Assembly: GCF_009914755.1 (NCBI RefSeq)
Contig: NC_060930.1
Direction: 5' to 3' (one strand)
Length of the DNA: 64,000 nt
DNA from: the human T2T-CHM13v2.0 reference genome, Homo sapiens
Under the pieces are notes generated by a model. The model had not been told where the DNA came from, did no database searches, and saw only the letters and a list, made by a program, of their open reading frames with translations. Of this stretch, positions 1-14,235 are shown piece after piece (within the stretch, counting starts at the first letter, position 1; each line of letters opens with the position of its first letter). The translations under genes and the position numbers were made by a program.

Positions 1-168
1 TAGCACAATACACTCATTCTGAATGTTTCTCTTCACCTACCAACATATCTTGGAAATTATTTCATATTTTTTAAAAGGCTGTGTGATAATTCATTGTATG
101 GCTATATTATTTATTTAAGCAGTTCCCTAATAATGAGCATTTGGGTAATTATCAAAACTATGAGATTA

Positions 169-454
<286 letters not shown>

Positions 455-623
455 CGACAACAACTAGAGATTAAATTACATAGGTTATTTCATTTCATAT
501 GTGTTTCAGAGTCCCTGTAGGTAAAATCTCAAGAATGATGTCAAAGGGTACGTGCATTTGTAAATCTGTAATTGCCACTAAATAGATGTTGAACCAATTT
601 ACTATCCTATCGGTAATCTATGA

Positions 624-967
<344 letters not shown>

Positions 968-1032
968 TTTGTTAAACATTTTTATGTTTGCTAATCAAAT
1001 ACATGAAAATGGTATCTTAGTGTAGTTTTAAT

Positions 1033-1192
1033 TGTTTGTTTTTGTTTTTGAGACAGGGTCTCACTGTGTCACCCGGGCTGGACTGCAGTGGAACAATCTC
1101 CACTCACTACAACCTCCACCAAGGTCACCCAAGCGATCCTCCCACCTCAGCCCCTCGAGTAGCTGGCACTATAAACATGGGCCCCGTGCCCA
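1033..1192 (-). mobile_element. Old Alu monomer/fragment
   Basis: Diverged single arm. Confidence 0.75.
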
Positions 1193-1411
1193 GTTAATGT
1201 AGTTTCAATTTATCATGAATGAGGTTAAGCATCCTTTCTTATGTTTAGTGGTCATTTATATTTCACATCTTGTCTTTTTGTAGTCTCTGCATACTTTTCT
1301 CCTGAGCTTATGTTTATTTGGTTTTATTTTTTAATCAGCCCTTCACAGTCCATCCCAAACCCATTACAATGTTCTTTTTTAATAAAGTTCATGTGTCTAG
1401 GCTTTTGCTCA

Positions 1412-1413
1412 TT

Positions 1414-1460
<47 letters not shown>

Positions 1461-1738
1461 TGAGACAGGGTCTCGTTGTGTTGCCCAGGCTGGAGTGCAG
1501 TGGTGGGTTCACGGCTCACTGTAGCCTCTACCTCCTGGGCTCAAGTAATCCTCCTACCTTAGCCTATCCAGTAGCGAGGTCCACAGAAGCACACCACCAT
1601 GCCTGGCTAAATTTTGTATTTTTTTTTTTGTAGAGACAGGGTTTTGCTATGTTGCCCAGGCTGGTTTCAAACTCCTGAGCTCAAGCGATCCACCTGCCTC
1701 GACCTCCCAAAGTGCCGGGATTAAAGGTGCTCGGCCAG
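1412..1738 (-). mobile_element. AluJ with (TTTA)n tail
   Basis: Alu body; TSD AGGCTTTTG(C/T)TCATTTT. Confidence 0.9.
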
Positions 1739-2061
1739 GCTTTTGTTCATTTTATTTCCCTTTCCACCAACTCTATCTGGACTACCTTTTAAGACCCAGT
1801 TCAAATATCACCTCCTGTATGACTTTAGGTAGATACATGAGATATTATTAAAGAATAAAGTTTAACTATGTAAACCATGATACATCGATAACGACATATA
1901 AGGTATTACTATTATGAAACTAAGCCTTAGAAATTTTAACAATATCTGCCTTTTACGGACAGACAACCCTTGATCTCTCTCTTACCTCCTCTATTTCTGG
2001 AAAATGAATCCCTAAGTCATCAGTATTGCTACAATTCTCAAGAGGTTTAAAAATCATCTTA

Positions 2062-2359
<298 letters not shown>

Positions 2360-2804
2360 TTAATCTAAAAAGTAAAAATAAAAACCACTCTACCACCTTA
2401 CCACAACGGAAAGAGAGTAATTGAGTTTGTATTTAAACAGAATGCTACCAATTCCTTCTCTACCTTGAATCTGTGATCATCCTGGTATTTGAAATTTTAA
2501 AGGAATGGGAAAAGGTTTTTTTCATTTTATTTATTGAAAAGTCATTTATTCAGCACCTACCAGGCACCATGCTGATGGTGAATAAAACAGGTGACAGACT
2601 TTTACCCTACCAATACTTTATTTCCAGCAATGATAATTTACTGTCTGGATTGCTCTAAGGTCTTCCTGGGCCTAGACTTGCCTGACTCCATCCCACATTC
2701 TATGTAGACAGCTGCCAAGTGTTATTTCTTAAACATAAATCTGTTCATGTTGCTTCTTCAGTGATTTCCACTGTCCGCGGGATAGTCTACCTCAGGAGGT
2801 GTAA

Positions 2805-3222
<418 letters not shown>

Positions 3223-4069
3223 CCAACTGCTTCTAAAACTGGCCACCTCCTTCAAGATTTCTCTAAATATCCCATTCAAGAAGTTTCCTTGATCCCAAAT
3301 ATGGATTAAATGCTCCTTCTATGTTCACCCCTCAAAAATTGGAACTAGGTTTATTATATCTTTTCTAAATTTTTGATTATAAAAGACATATGTTTACTAA
3401 AAAAAGTTCAGAAAAAGAAAAGTATATAAAGGATAAAATGATAGAAAATCACCTACTCTACCACAGGCAATCACTGCAAAATTTCTCTATATATCTCCAC
3501 CTGTAACTCCAAGTTCACTATACATACTGATTTGTAACTTTTTTTTTTTTTTGGCTCCTTCCAGGAAACAATGAAACTTTACTTTCTTAACACTATATCT
3601 TACTACTTTTCCATGTGGGTACAAATAGATTTAAATCATTTTTATTGGCTGTACTATTTTTCACTGTATGATAGTACCAACTAATAACCTTTATTAATGG
3701 GCGGTTAGATTCCCCATTTTTTTGTTCATTATATCCTGATCTTAGGTTTATCCTAACATTTTTAAAGAGATCCTTGCGGTGTCATTCATTTTTAAATTCC
3801 CAGTGCTCATACCAGTGTCTGGCATACAGTATTTGTTAAGAGTTCCATGTGAAAGATGAGCTTAAGTTTCTACTTAATACTGAGAGTTCGAAAATCAGAC
3901 TGCTGTCTACAAGCACTGAGCAGTGCATTATTTTCTTGATCTCATTTGCAAATGCAGTCTGTTGGATTAACCTATTAATCAAAAAGTAATACAGCTGCCT
4001 TAAATTCTTTCTGAAAAAAACAGCAAGCTTTGTGCAAACAAAACACAGATACAAAGCTATGCATAACTA

Positions 4070-4618
4070 CGAGGCGTGAGTTATTCCTGCCCCGGCAAAG
4101 GAAAGATGCATGACCTTCAGACTGCAGCACACGCAGAGCGGGTCGCCGGCTCCTGGGGCAAGGAGCTCAGCCACAAGAGACCCGCGGCCTGCGCTTTTCC
4201 AGACAGGACCACTGGTCCTGAGCTCTTTTCCCCGGCGTCCGCCAACGGGACTATGCGAGGTTTACAATGGAGAGAGATGGGGCCAGGACCAAGCCTTAGG
4301 TTTCGCGCTGACCCCTCGCGAGGTCCAGAGACAACCCACCGCCCCACCCCCGGCGCATGCGCAGAGACGCCAGCGCGCGCAATTGACTGCATGCGAAGGA
4401 CCTCCGCACACACACTCACCCGCCGAGGAAATTAAGGGACGCGCAGCTTTTGTATTACAGCCTCCAGGCCCCAGCACTCTTAAAAACCAACCCCCGGAGG
4501 AGCCCAGCTTACGGCCACTCCACATCGCGACAAACGATCCCACCTCTTTTCCGGTCCCTCCCGAAAAAAGATCCCCAACATAAAGGTTCCGAGATCACTT
4601 TCGCCGTTTGCAGCCGAC

Positions 4619-4620
<2 letters not shown>
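4070..4620 (-). promoter_or_regulatory. COQ3 CpG-island promoter/exon 1 region with NRF1 palindrome
   Basis: CpG-dense region against an AT-rich background; GCGCATGCGC at 4353-4362 and TGCATGCG near 4389. Confidence 0.8.
4420..4525 (-). CDS. COQ3: COQ3 coding exon 1 (ubiquinone biosynthesis O-methyltransferase, N-terminal mitochondrial presequence region)
   Basis: ATG at 4525-4523 encodes MWSGRKLGSSGGWFLRVLGPGGCNTKAARPLISSA, recognised as the human COQ3 N-terminus; ends at donor G|GTGAGT (intron starts 4419); 106 nt, phase 1. Remaining exons lie left of the window. Confidence 0.93.
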
Positions 4621-4888
<268 letters not shown>

Positions 4889-5492
4889 TCACGCTCATTT
4901 AGCAAATTGCACATGGAATTAACCTGCAAGATGTTTTTACTATCATAAACAACTTTGAAGATACTTTATTGCTATAGGACACCTCAAACCTCATGTTCGA
5001 AGTTGACCTCAATCAGGCCATTACTTCGTGCTGTGTCTTCTTTTATTGCCATGTAGCTCTATTTCACACTTAACAGATGTCTCTTCAAGGACTTTTATAT
5101 TCCTGTAAGACATTGACCCTACTGCTAAGAATGCAAGAGTATGGGAGCACTTCTTCCTCAAGGGAAGAATTGTTTCCCCTTTCAAGGCACTCAAATATCA
5201 GATGGCCAGAAGGCCAAATGTAAAACTTATTTTCTGCAAATGACTATTATCTTGTACAGGGTATATACATCATGTAGTAGGAGGCTTCTGTGGCTCAGTC
5301 TAGGCAAACTTCATTTAGAGCTAGGAACAGTGATCAGTAACATTTTACGTCTAAATGCACAAAGTCTTTCTTTGGGTAAGAACAATGACGAATCTCCAAC
5401 ATTGAAGACAAAAAATTATTCTGTATTTTCAACAGGTAGGGTCAAATTGGTAAAGGGTTCTTTCAGTTAGCGAAATTTACCGCTCAGGAATC

Positions 5493-5790
5493 TTTTTTTT
5501 TCTTTTTTTTTTGAGACAGCCTCACTCGGTTGCTCAGGCTGGAGTGCAGTGGTAGGATCTCAGCTCATTGCAACCTCCGTCCCCCAGGCTCGGGTGATTC
5601 TTCGTGCCTCAGCCTCGTAAGTAGCTGGGATTACAGGTGTATGCTGCCATTCCCGGCTTAATTTTTGTATTTTCAGTCAGGGTTTCACCATGTTGGCCAG
5701 GCTGGTCTCAAGCTCCTGACCTCAGGTGATCTGCCTGCCTCAGCCTCCCAAAGTGCTGGGATTACAGGTGGGAGCCACCTCACCCAGACA
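5493..5790 (-). mobile_element. AluS
   Basis: Alu consensus. Confidence 0.9.
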
Positions 5791-6369
5791 GCAATAGTCT
5801 TTCATTCATGGTTCTTAGCTAAAATATTGACCTCCTCCTAAGGGTGGTCGCACTTTTCAGTTGCTATGTCCTCTTCAGAGCTCCTCTACCCTTAGATACA
5901 TGATCCTCTCTCCACATGAAGGCAGAAAGCTCTGCACAAAAGAAAATGTAGCACGTGTTGTATTTATTGGAGTGACACATCCAAGGAAAAAGCAAAGTGC
6001 AAGCACAATTAAATAAAGTTCTAGGAGCTTTATATGTACTTTCTTTGAAGGTACCACACTTCACTGGGCTTCAGAGCCTTTCCACTACATTTTAACAAGA
6101 AGGGGAATCAATGATTTGCTTTATGCTGACAAGTATGTCTTTTGAACACCCAGAACAGGTCTGGCCCAAATAAGCAAAACTAGCTCATAGTATTTCTCGC
6201 TACAAACATCAACAAAGGGCTTTCCCAATGACCCTTAAGCCTAAGTGGTATTGGAAAGTTGTAATGGCTGTAATGCAGTATATGGCCATTGTTGGAGATA
6301 TTTCCCCAGACTATTATTGTTATGGTCTCACCTGTAAGTCTGCGTATTTATTTTGCTCTAAAACTCTTA

Positions 6370-6778
<409 letters not shown>

Positions 6779-7063
6779 TCAGTTTAACTGGTAAGTTTTC
6801 ACATTTACTTAAAAATTTTACATAAATTGGTAACTCAGAATAATTCTATCATAACTTCTACCAAAATCAGAATGTGGCAGATTTAACCAAGGTATCTTTA
6901 AAGGAACTCTATAGGTATCTGATAAACCTTTATGATATAAATATAACCCATGTGTGCTTTTTGAAGAGCTAAAGCCCATTTTCTCTTTTAAATTTTACAC
7001 AACAAAATTCCACTTAAAACTGAAAAACTTAACAGCTAGATGTGTTTAGAACTAATCTAATTT

Positions 7064-7354
7064 GGCCAGGTGCGGTGGCATACACTTGCAATCCCAGCAT
7101 GTTGGGAGGCCGAGGCAGGCGGATCACGAGGTCAAGACCATCCTGGCCAACATGAAACCCTGTCTCTATTAAAAATACGAAAATTAGCTGGGCATGTTGG
7201 CGCACACCTGTAGTCCCAGCTACTTGGGTGGCTGAGGCAGGAGAGTTGTCTGAACCTGGGAGGCGGAGGTTGCAGAGCCAAGATCATACCACTGCATTCC
7301 AGCCTGGTGACAGAGCGAGACTCCATCTCAAAAAAAAAAAAAAAAAAAAAAAAA
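7064..7354 (+). mobile_element. AluS
   Basis: Alu consensus; ATCTAATT flanks. Confidence 0.9.
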
Positions 7355-7484
7355 TTCATCTAATTCCTCCCTTACACAGCTGAAGAAGTTAAGGCCCATG
7401 GTGATTTAGTGATTTGCCTAAAACACATCAAGAAACAGAGCCAGCTCAATCCAATGACTCTACTACTACTTCCATTTATGCAAT

Positions 7485-7770
7485 CGGCTGGGAGCGGTGG
7501 CTCACGCCTGTAATCCCAGTACTTTGGGGGGCCAAGGCGGGTGGATCGCCTGAGGTCAGGAGTTCGAGACCAGCTGGCCAACATGGTGAAACCGTTTCTA
7601 CTAAAAACACAAAAATTAGCCAGATGTGGTGGTGGGTGCTGTAATCCCAGCTACTCAGGAGGCTGAGGCAAGAGAATCACTTGAACCCAGGAGGCAGAGT
7701 TTGCAGTGAGCTGAGACTGCGCCACTACACTCCAGGCTGGGCAACAGAGAAAGACTCCATCTCAAAAAGC
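7485..7770 (+). mobile_element. AluS
   Basis: Alu consensus. Confidence 0.9.
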
Positions 7771-7777
7771 AAGAAAC

Positions 7778-8093
7778 AGCAACTATGCAGTTGCTTAACT
7801 TGGGGACATGTGAGAAATGTGTCATTAGGTGATTTCATTGTGATGTGAACATCACAGAGTATACTTACATAAACCTAGATGGTATAGACTACTACACACC
7901 CAGGCTACATGGTATAGCCTTTTGCTCCTAGGCTACAAATACTATATTGAAAACTGTAGGCAACTGTAATATCATGGTTTTGTGTATTTAAACACAGAAA
8001 AGGTACAGTAAAAATACATTATAATCTTATGGGACCACTGTTGTACATGTGGCCCGTCATTGACTGAAACGTCGTTATGTGGTGTATGTCTGT
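7778..8093 (-). mobile_element. Tigger3a/Golem-like non-autonomous DNA transposon
   Basis: Terminal ...CATTGACTGAAACGTCGTTATGTGGTGTATGTCTG-TA and internal CCTAGATGGTATAG...CTCCTAGGCTACAAA. Confidence 0.75.
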
Positions 8094-10340
8094 ACTCAGT
8101 ACATTTTAGAAACTTCAGTAAATCAAAATACATTTAAATTTATGTAGGAGAAGAAAAACTCAGTTTAGATGTAAAGATTTCTGTAAGGCAACACTACAGA
8201 GACTGGAAACCTAATACAACTCCTATGTAAAAATTCCCAAATACAGTAAAAAATTCTTTACTATTACCTTTCATGTGTTTAAGGAAACAAAAAACTCAGG
8301 ACACTTAAAAATAGACTGCGAAATTTACCTACTTGGTATTACACCACTAGAAACAGATGCTAAAAAGGTAATTTTATAGTGGCAGAAAACATATACACTA
8401 ACGAGATTCCACACCAATTTTTATTTATATTTTGGGGCCTGAAACAAATCTTATAATCACCTCTTTCAAATTACATTTTATTCCCTTAATGGTGTGGTTT
8501 ACCCCCACTCCACAAAAACAATTATGACTAATACACTAGAAATATTTTTTAATAGAACCTCTTAAACAAGACATTTTCATTAACCAATCCAGACCAAGGA
8601 TTGTCTCAAAAATTTGATCTGTTAATTTTCTGGTGGTATTATTTTAGAAAAGATTTCATAACCAAATTATACATCTAATTAACTTATGTGTAAGTTTTTG
8701 CATTCACATCCTAAATCATGGAAACCCTACCTTATAAAACCTTACCACTCAAGGTAAATAAATACTATATCACATGTCAAGAAAATAAAGAATTCTCTAA
8801 ATCTGCCACTAAAAGTCTGAAAAACCCAAATATCAAATTATAACACTGGTTTATGTACTAATAATCACAAATATCATGACGGCTTTTTAAAAAACTACAG
8901 ACTTAACTGATAAGCTTGCAAATTACGGCAGAGTAAATAAAACTGTCAAATACTACTTTTGGCTCTAGTTCATAACTTGCCCAAAAATGTGCATATCATA
9001 GCCAACAGAATTTTTCTGTAGAATTTTATTTTGAAAATATTTCACTTCAAGATTGATCTAAAAAACATTTTAAGATATGAAAATGTTATACAACTTATCT
9101 ATTACAAATTAATCAGATAATTCTGCAATTAGGTACACTGTGTTAGCTCGCCTACATAAAAAATATTGCACATTTTATTTTGTCTCCAGATGTGATCGAT
9201 GTCTAAACTATATAGAATTTCAAACTATTTTAAAGTTATTCTGTGAAATGTCATCTTTATAAATATCAGAACTAAATGCACTGTAAACAGCCATTTTGGT
9301 AAACATGCATTTATTCACAGTTGATTTATTTCCTTTAGATAAATGTGTAACTGCTCAAAATTATATAATAATCTATGTAGAGGTACAAGAGCACACTATA
9401 CAAATCTATTTCTATCTTCATGTTGAGGAAACACTGATCTTGGCAAAAATCTGGCATGATTTTTAAAATGAACTATTGCTGGTAAGAAGGCATACTTTAA
9501 AACTTTTCTGTGGCCTGCACCTGTTTTCTTTTTAAATTAAAATGTAAAAGCATTTGTTTTCAGAGATTCATTTATCACTGAGTAAGTGATTACATAAAAA
9601 AATGGACCCTAAAGCAACTGAGTTAAAATGCTTTGAGAGCCCCATTCTACTTGTAAGTTATCAATGCCTTAAACTGTTAGACCACTCACTAATCATAATT
9701 TTAAGAAACGGACAAAATCAGACAATTTTAATGTCATGAAATTGACACAAACCTGCATAATACAGCATTCCTCCATTGATTTGAGGTCATATTATACTTT
9801 AAAAATATAAATAAATATATTGAATCATGAGTCTTATTTCTATAACCCCAAAAAGTGTTTCAAAATGCTTCTAAAACAGAAGTGGGTGACTGTAGAATAT
9901 AGTTCCAGACTTGACTATTACTGTCAAACACAATCGTTCCTTACAAATAACTCTACTGGTGCACTGGCTTGATTGATTCCAGCAATTTCATTTTACAGGA
10001 GTGAACCACACGTTATACACACAGAGAATATATTACTTGAAAATCCCCAAAATAGGAAGAAAAGTTTAGAAAGTTGTCAAATACTTCCAAATGAAAAGTA
10101 AAGGTCTATTTCTAGCCCTCTTTCATACCCTTAAAGTTGGAATCTGGCAAAAGTCCATGGGTACAATTTACAAACTTTGACAAACTATTAAGTAAAAACC
10201 ATTTTCTTTGGGGGAGGTGAGAGAAGGTACCTTTAAAACCTGTTATACAAAATTCCAGCTGCCTTTTTATAAAAGTACGTTCCTTAGATTAAAACCATAA
10301 AATTAAGGTGCAAGAGTTTAACAAAAATGAACTAAAGAGC

Positions 10341-10346
10341 TTTATT
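10341..10346 (-). terminator. Candidate PNISR poly(A) signal AATAAA
   Basis: TTTATT on + strand ~550 nt past the stop, followed by U/GU-rich sequence on the minus strand; further AATAAA at 10801 and in the distal 8400-9320 region. Confidence 0.6.
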
Positions 10347-10892
10347 GACATCACAGTACATTCAAGAATAATTTTAAGAACATTACAGCTGAAAGAGAAT
10401 GGCATGTTTATAGTCTTATTATGCACTATATTTTTTGAAAAAAACGTAATACAAAGAAATCCTATTAAGTAACTTGGAGCAGCATTGGAAAAAGTACACC
10501 TATTTACAGATTAAAAAAAAAAAAGATTCTGGTTTCACCTACACAGCCACAATGTGCCTCTATAATGAGACAAGCCCTTAAAACTCATGGAATTTTTTTA
10601 AAGAACATCATGGCATTCTTGCCACATCATTCCTCAGCGTTTACGACGGGGAGGGGTTGTTGATCTGAAAAAAAAGGGAAAAGACAAAATTTAAAAATAA
10701 AAATGTATTTTAAATTAAAAATCTGCAATTTTAAATAAATAATATTATATAGGATTTCTAACATTTAAGACTATGATTATTTATCAAGTACCAAACTGAG
10801 TTTATTAAAGAGAGAGAGAAAGGACACTTTCAACTTTGAATAAATTCAGTCAATTTTTTTTAAAAATCAGACAAAATACTTTAAAAAGTATA

Positions 10893-11983
10893 CTACCTTG
10901 ATCGGGACTTAGACTTGTGTTTGCGGCTTGCCTTCTTACCAGACCTTTGAGATTTCTCCACGGATCGCGATCGACTATGTTTAGGCTTCTTAGCCTTCTT
11001 TTCTTTGCTACTTCCTGGAGACTCAGAACTGCTCCTTCCACTAGAATCAGAGCCTGAATGTTTTTTACTATCTTTGGTAGTACTTTTCTTACTATCCTGT
11101 CTAGAATCATGTCTTATGATTTTAACAGATATAGAACCACTCCTAGAAAATGTTCTTTCACTTTCTCGTTTCCTTTTTAATCTATCATCCTGACTACTGA
11201 ACTTAAAATCTTTTTCTTCCCTTTTTTGTTTCTCTTTTCTTTTATCCTGTTCACGTTCCCTTTCTTTGTCTTTCTTTTTCCTATCTTTATCTATACTTCG
11301 ACTCCTCTCCTTTTTCCTCTCTTGTTCTTTAGCCTCACCTTTATGCTTATGACTGTTCCCACTAAGATTTCCACGTTGATCATCAATTTTACGCCTATCT
11401 CGACTCCTACTGCGACTGGCACGATTGGTTCGTCTATCCCTTGAGCGACTTCTACTTCTACGTCTCTCTCGGGAAGGACTCCGATTTCGTCGTCTTTCTC
11501 TTTCAATGCTATTTCTATTAGATCTCCTTCTATCTCTAATCTTTACCCTAGCCCTATTGCTCTCTATTTTAATTCTGCGAGAATAGCTTCTACTCCTGCT
11601 ACGTCTAGCTTTGATTGTTGGAGATCTACTCCTACTGTGTCTCTTTTTCCTTTTAGGAGAAGAAGACCGAGAAGAAGTACGACTACTACCTGAGCTAGAA
11701 CTGTATGAAGAGCTAGAGACAGTACTACTAGTACTACTAGTTCTGCTATTGCTACTGGAACTACCACTACTAGAACTTCCCGACCTACTCCTTCCTTGTT
11801 TTTCTTTTTCTTTATGCTCTTTTTTTGGTTCTAAAACTGATGTGGTTTCATTTGGAGTTCTCTTCTTTTCATTAACCACATCACCGTCTGCTTCTCTTGC
11901 TTCTAGTAGTGATAAACTATTTTGCTCTTTATGGATAAATTCATTCATCTCTTTTGTAACCCTTTCTGTTTGCTGCTTTTCTT
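10893..11983 (-). CDS. PNISR: PNISR last coding exon (exon 12; Ser-rich and RS/RE/KE-rich C-terminal domain)
   Basis: Acceptor TTTTTCTGTTTCAG at 11984; 1091 nt to TAG at 10895-10893; summed CDS 2418 nt = 805 aa plus stop. Confidence 0.96.
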
Positions 11984-12054
11984 CTGAAACAGAAAAAGAC
12001 AAAAACACTAAGAAAATGTTCATGTAAAATTCTCATACTACCAAATGTCAAGCT

Positions 12055-12348
12055 ACCAGACTGTAACAATAGAACACCATTTTCAATAGAATTACGATGC
12101 AAGCCATGTAAGTAATTCAAAATTTTTTAGTAACCACATTAAAAAAGTAAAAAGAAACAGGTAAAATAACCCAATATACCAAAAATATTATCATTTCAAC
12201 ACATAATAAATTTAAAAAAATTCTGTTCTCTTTTTCAAGTAAAGTTTTTGAAATCTAGCATGTAATTTATACCCACAGCACATGCCTAGCCACATTTCAA
12301 GTTCTCTATAGCTTGTAGTTAGTTACGTTACCCTCCTGGACAGTGTAG
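12055..12348. mobile_element. MER3/MER33-like hAT-Charlie relic
   Basis: CTAGCCACATTTCAAGT...TGGACAG signature. Confidence 0.6.
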
Positions 12349-12892
12349 CAAAATACAGTATCAAGATGTAGAGGTGGGTGTGAGGCAAGTAGGAAAAGAC
12401 TTCCCTTTTGTCCAACTAAAGCAAAATTTTAAAGGTAAGTAAGTGGTTTATAGAGAAGTCTTAGCTGCTAACTCTTAATTACCTTAGATTTTTCAAAGAA
12501 GAAATTCTAAGTAAATTTTCTCTTTTGTTATTCCTAGTATTAGGTAAAGTATCTTAAGTAAAAAACTTCTAGGTTCTCTATTATCCTTATATATCCTAGC
12601 TACAAATTACTTTTCAATAGTCTTACAAATATATTTTTCCCATTTCAAAAGTCATCTTTTTCATTTCAAGACTTTTAGCAAGAAATAAAAATACCCTAAA
12701 TAGCTTGGCTTATAGCCACTGCAATAAATGGCTCCTAAAACAACCAAACAAAAATTGTGACTTTAGTTTCAGTTATATCACATATTATTTATAATATAGC
12801 CTTTATTTTATCCTTTGATATTTTTAGGTTAGTTAAAAAATAAAAAGAAATACAAAACTGGACCAAAATTAAGTCTAAAAGGTATACTACAC

Positions 12893-13063
12893 CTTCCATC
12901 TGTTTATCATGTAATAGCTGCTGTTCTTTTTCTTTTCTCCAAAAAGCTTCCTGTTTTTGCCGGATTCGATGCCGTAATTCTTCATCATCAGTGTCAGATG
13001 ACTCAGATCCTCTGTCACTCCTCTCATCTTCACTGTCTCCTGATCCATAACCACCCAGTCCAC
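12893..13063 (-). CDS. PNISR: PNISR exon 11
   Basis: 171 nt, CACAG| acceptor, AAG|GTGTAG donor; GGLGGYGSGDSEDERSDRGSE...HDKQME; frame consistent with neighbours. Confidence 0.94.
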
Positions 13064-14181
13064 CTGTGTGCATAAAGCTCAGTCTATCATATGAAAAAAA
13101 TTATACTATGCACTAAAAACTTTTCAAGGTCTGAGAAGAAAGTTCATTTCTTTTTTCATTGCCTTTTCCCAGAAGAATACGCTTATTCGGGGTGGGGAGA
13201 AGTATATATTCAAACGCTTAAGGAGTTCACAGAACCTTCAGGCAAAGGTTACTTAATATCTTATTCTTTCTGGACTATTTCATATTTTTCTCACTGTAAA
13301 GGAATCATAATGGGTTTGCTGTACTGTCCATACTAACCAACAAAACTACTTAACAGGGCAGTAACAAAGCCACGCTAAAGCTTAATGATGACCCTGAAAG
13401 TATTTCTAAAATTAACTTTTATTGTTCAAAGTTTAGAAATCCCTAGAGCTAAGCAATTTTTCCCTAAAAAAATTAGAATACTATAATCTCCCTGGTACAG
13501 AAATATTATGGTGCTGAAAATACTCCCCACCCTGAAATGATCTAAATAACCATAACAAAACCACATGGGCATTTGGTTCTACCCACTTCTCTGGGTCCTC
13601 ACAAAAATTAATTTGAAATGAAGATGTGGAAAAGGCAAATTCAAGCTTTTACAGCCTTGATAATATACCATGCAAATAGTAAATTATGAACACATCACTA
13701 CTATTTTACTATGATAAGATAAACCCTTTCCTCTATATTAAAACTTGACTTGCCGCAACACAATCTATGTAAGTTATTAAAAGCATTAGTGGATAGGTTC
13801 TTCCCTAAGGCATGTATGCAATAATTCTGAAAGTGAGCTTAGATACTATCATGGCTAAATTATGAATTATTAAGTACAAACTATAGGTGTTCATATATAA
13901 TTATATATATATAAAATGCATATATTGGAGCAATAAGGAAATCTTCCAATATAACCTGCCCCAATAAACTATGAATTAACCATCACATTTATAAATTTCT
14001 CACTGTGAATGCGTTAGTCAAAAAAATAGGCAAACCTTTTTAGACAGGATGACATAACCCTAAGACCTAGGTTTTTATAAACTGAGTAGGACTAATACAG
14101 TTTCAAAATAGAACACGCAGAGAGACAATGTATGTGTGATTTTTCCCTTTAGGCCCTCTCACAAATATGGAAAACACTTAC

Positions 14182-14235
14182 CGAGTCCAGTGAGGGAAGC
14201 CAGTGCACTGGACTGTGCCAGCTGTTTTGCAGGAG
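14182..14235 (-). CDS. PNISR: PNISR exon 10 (54 nt, weak AAG acceptor)
   Basis: APAKQLAQSSALASLTGL; donor TCG|GTAAGT; phase 1-1 fits the total 805 aa. Confidence 0.9.

Noticed and set aside
4076-4583. Overlapping 100-157 aa ORFs at the COQ3 promoter
   Set aside because: Stop-codon scarcity in a GC-rich island; only the 106-nt COQ3 exon is supported.
11005-12027. Plus-strand Leu/Phe-rich ORFs opposite PNISR exon 12
   Set aside because: Shadow frames of the low-complexity Ser/Arg/Lys coding strand.
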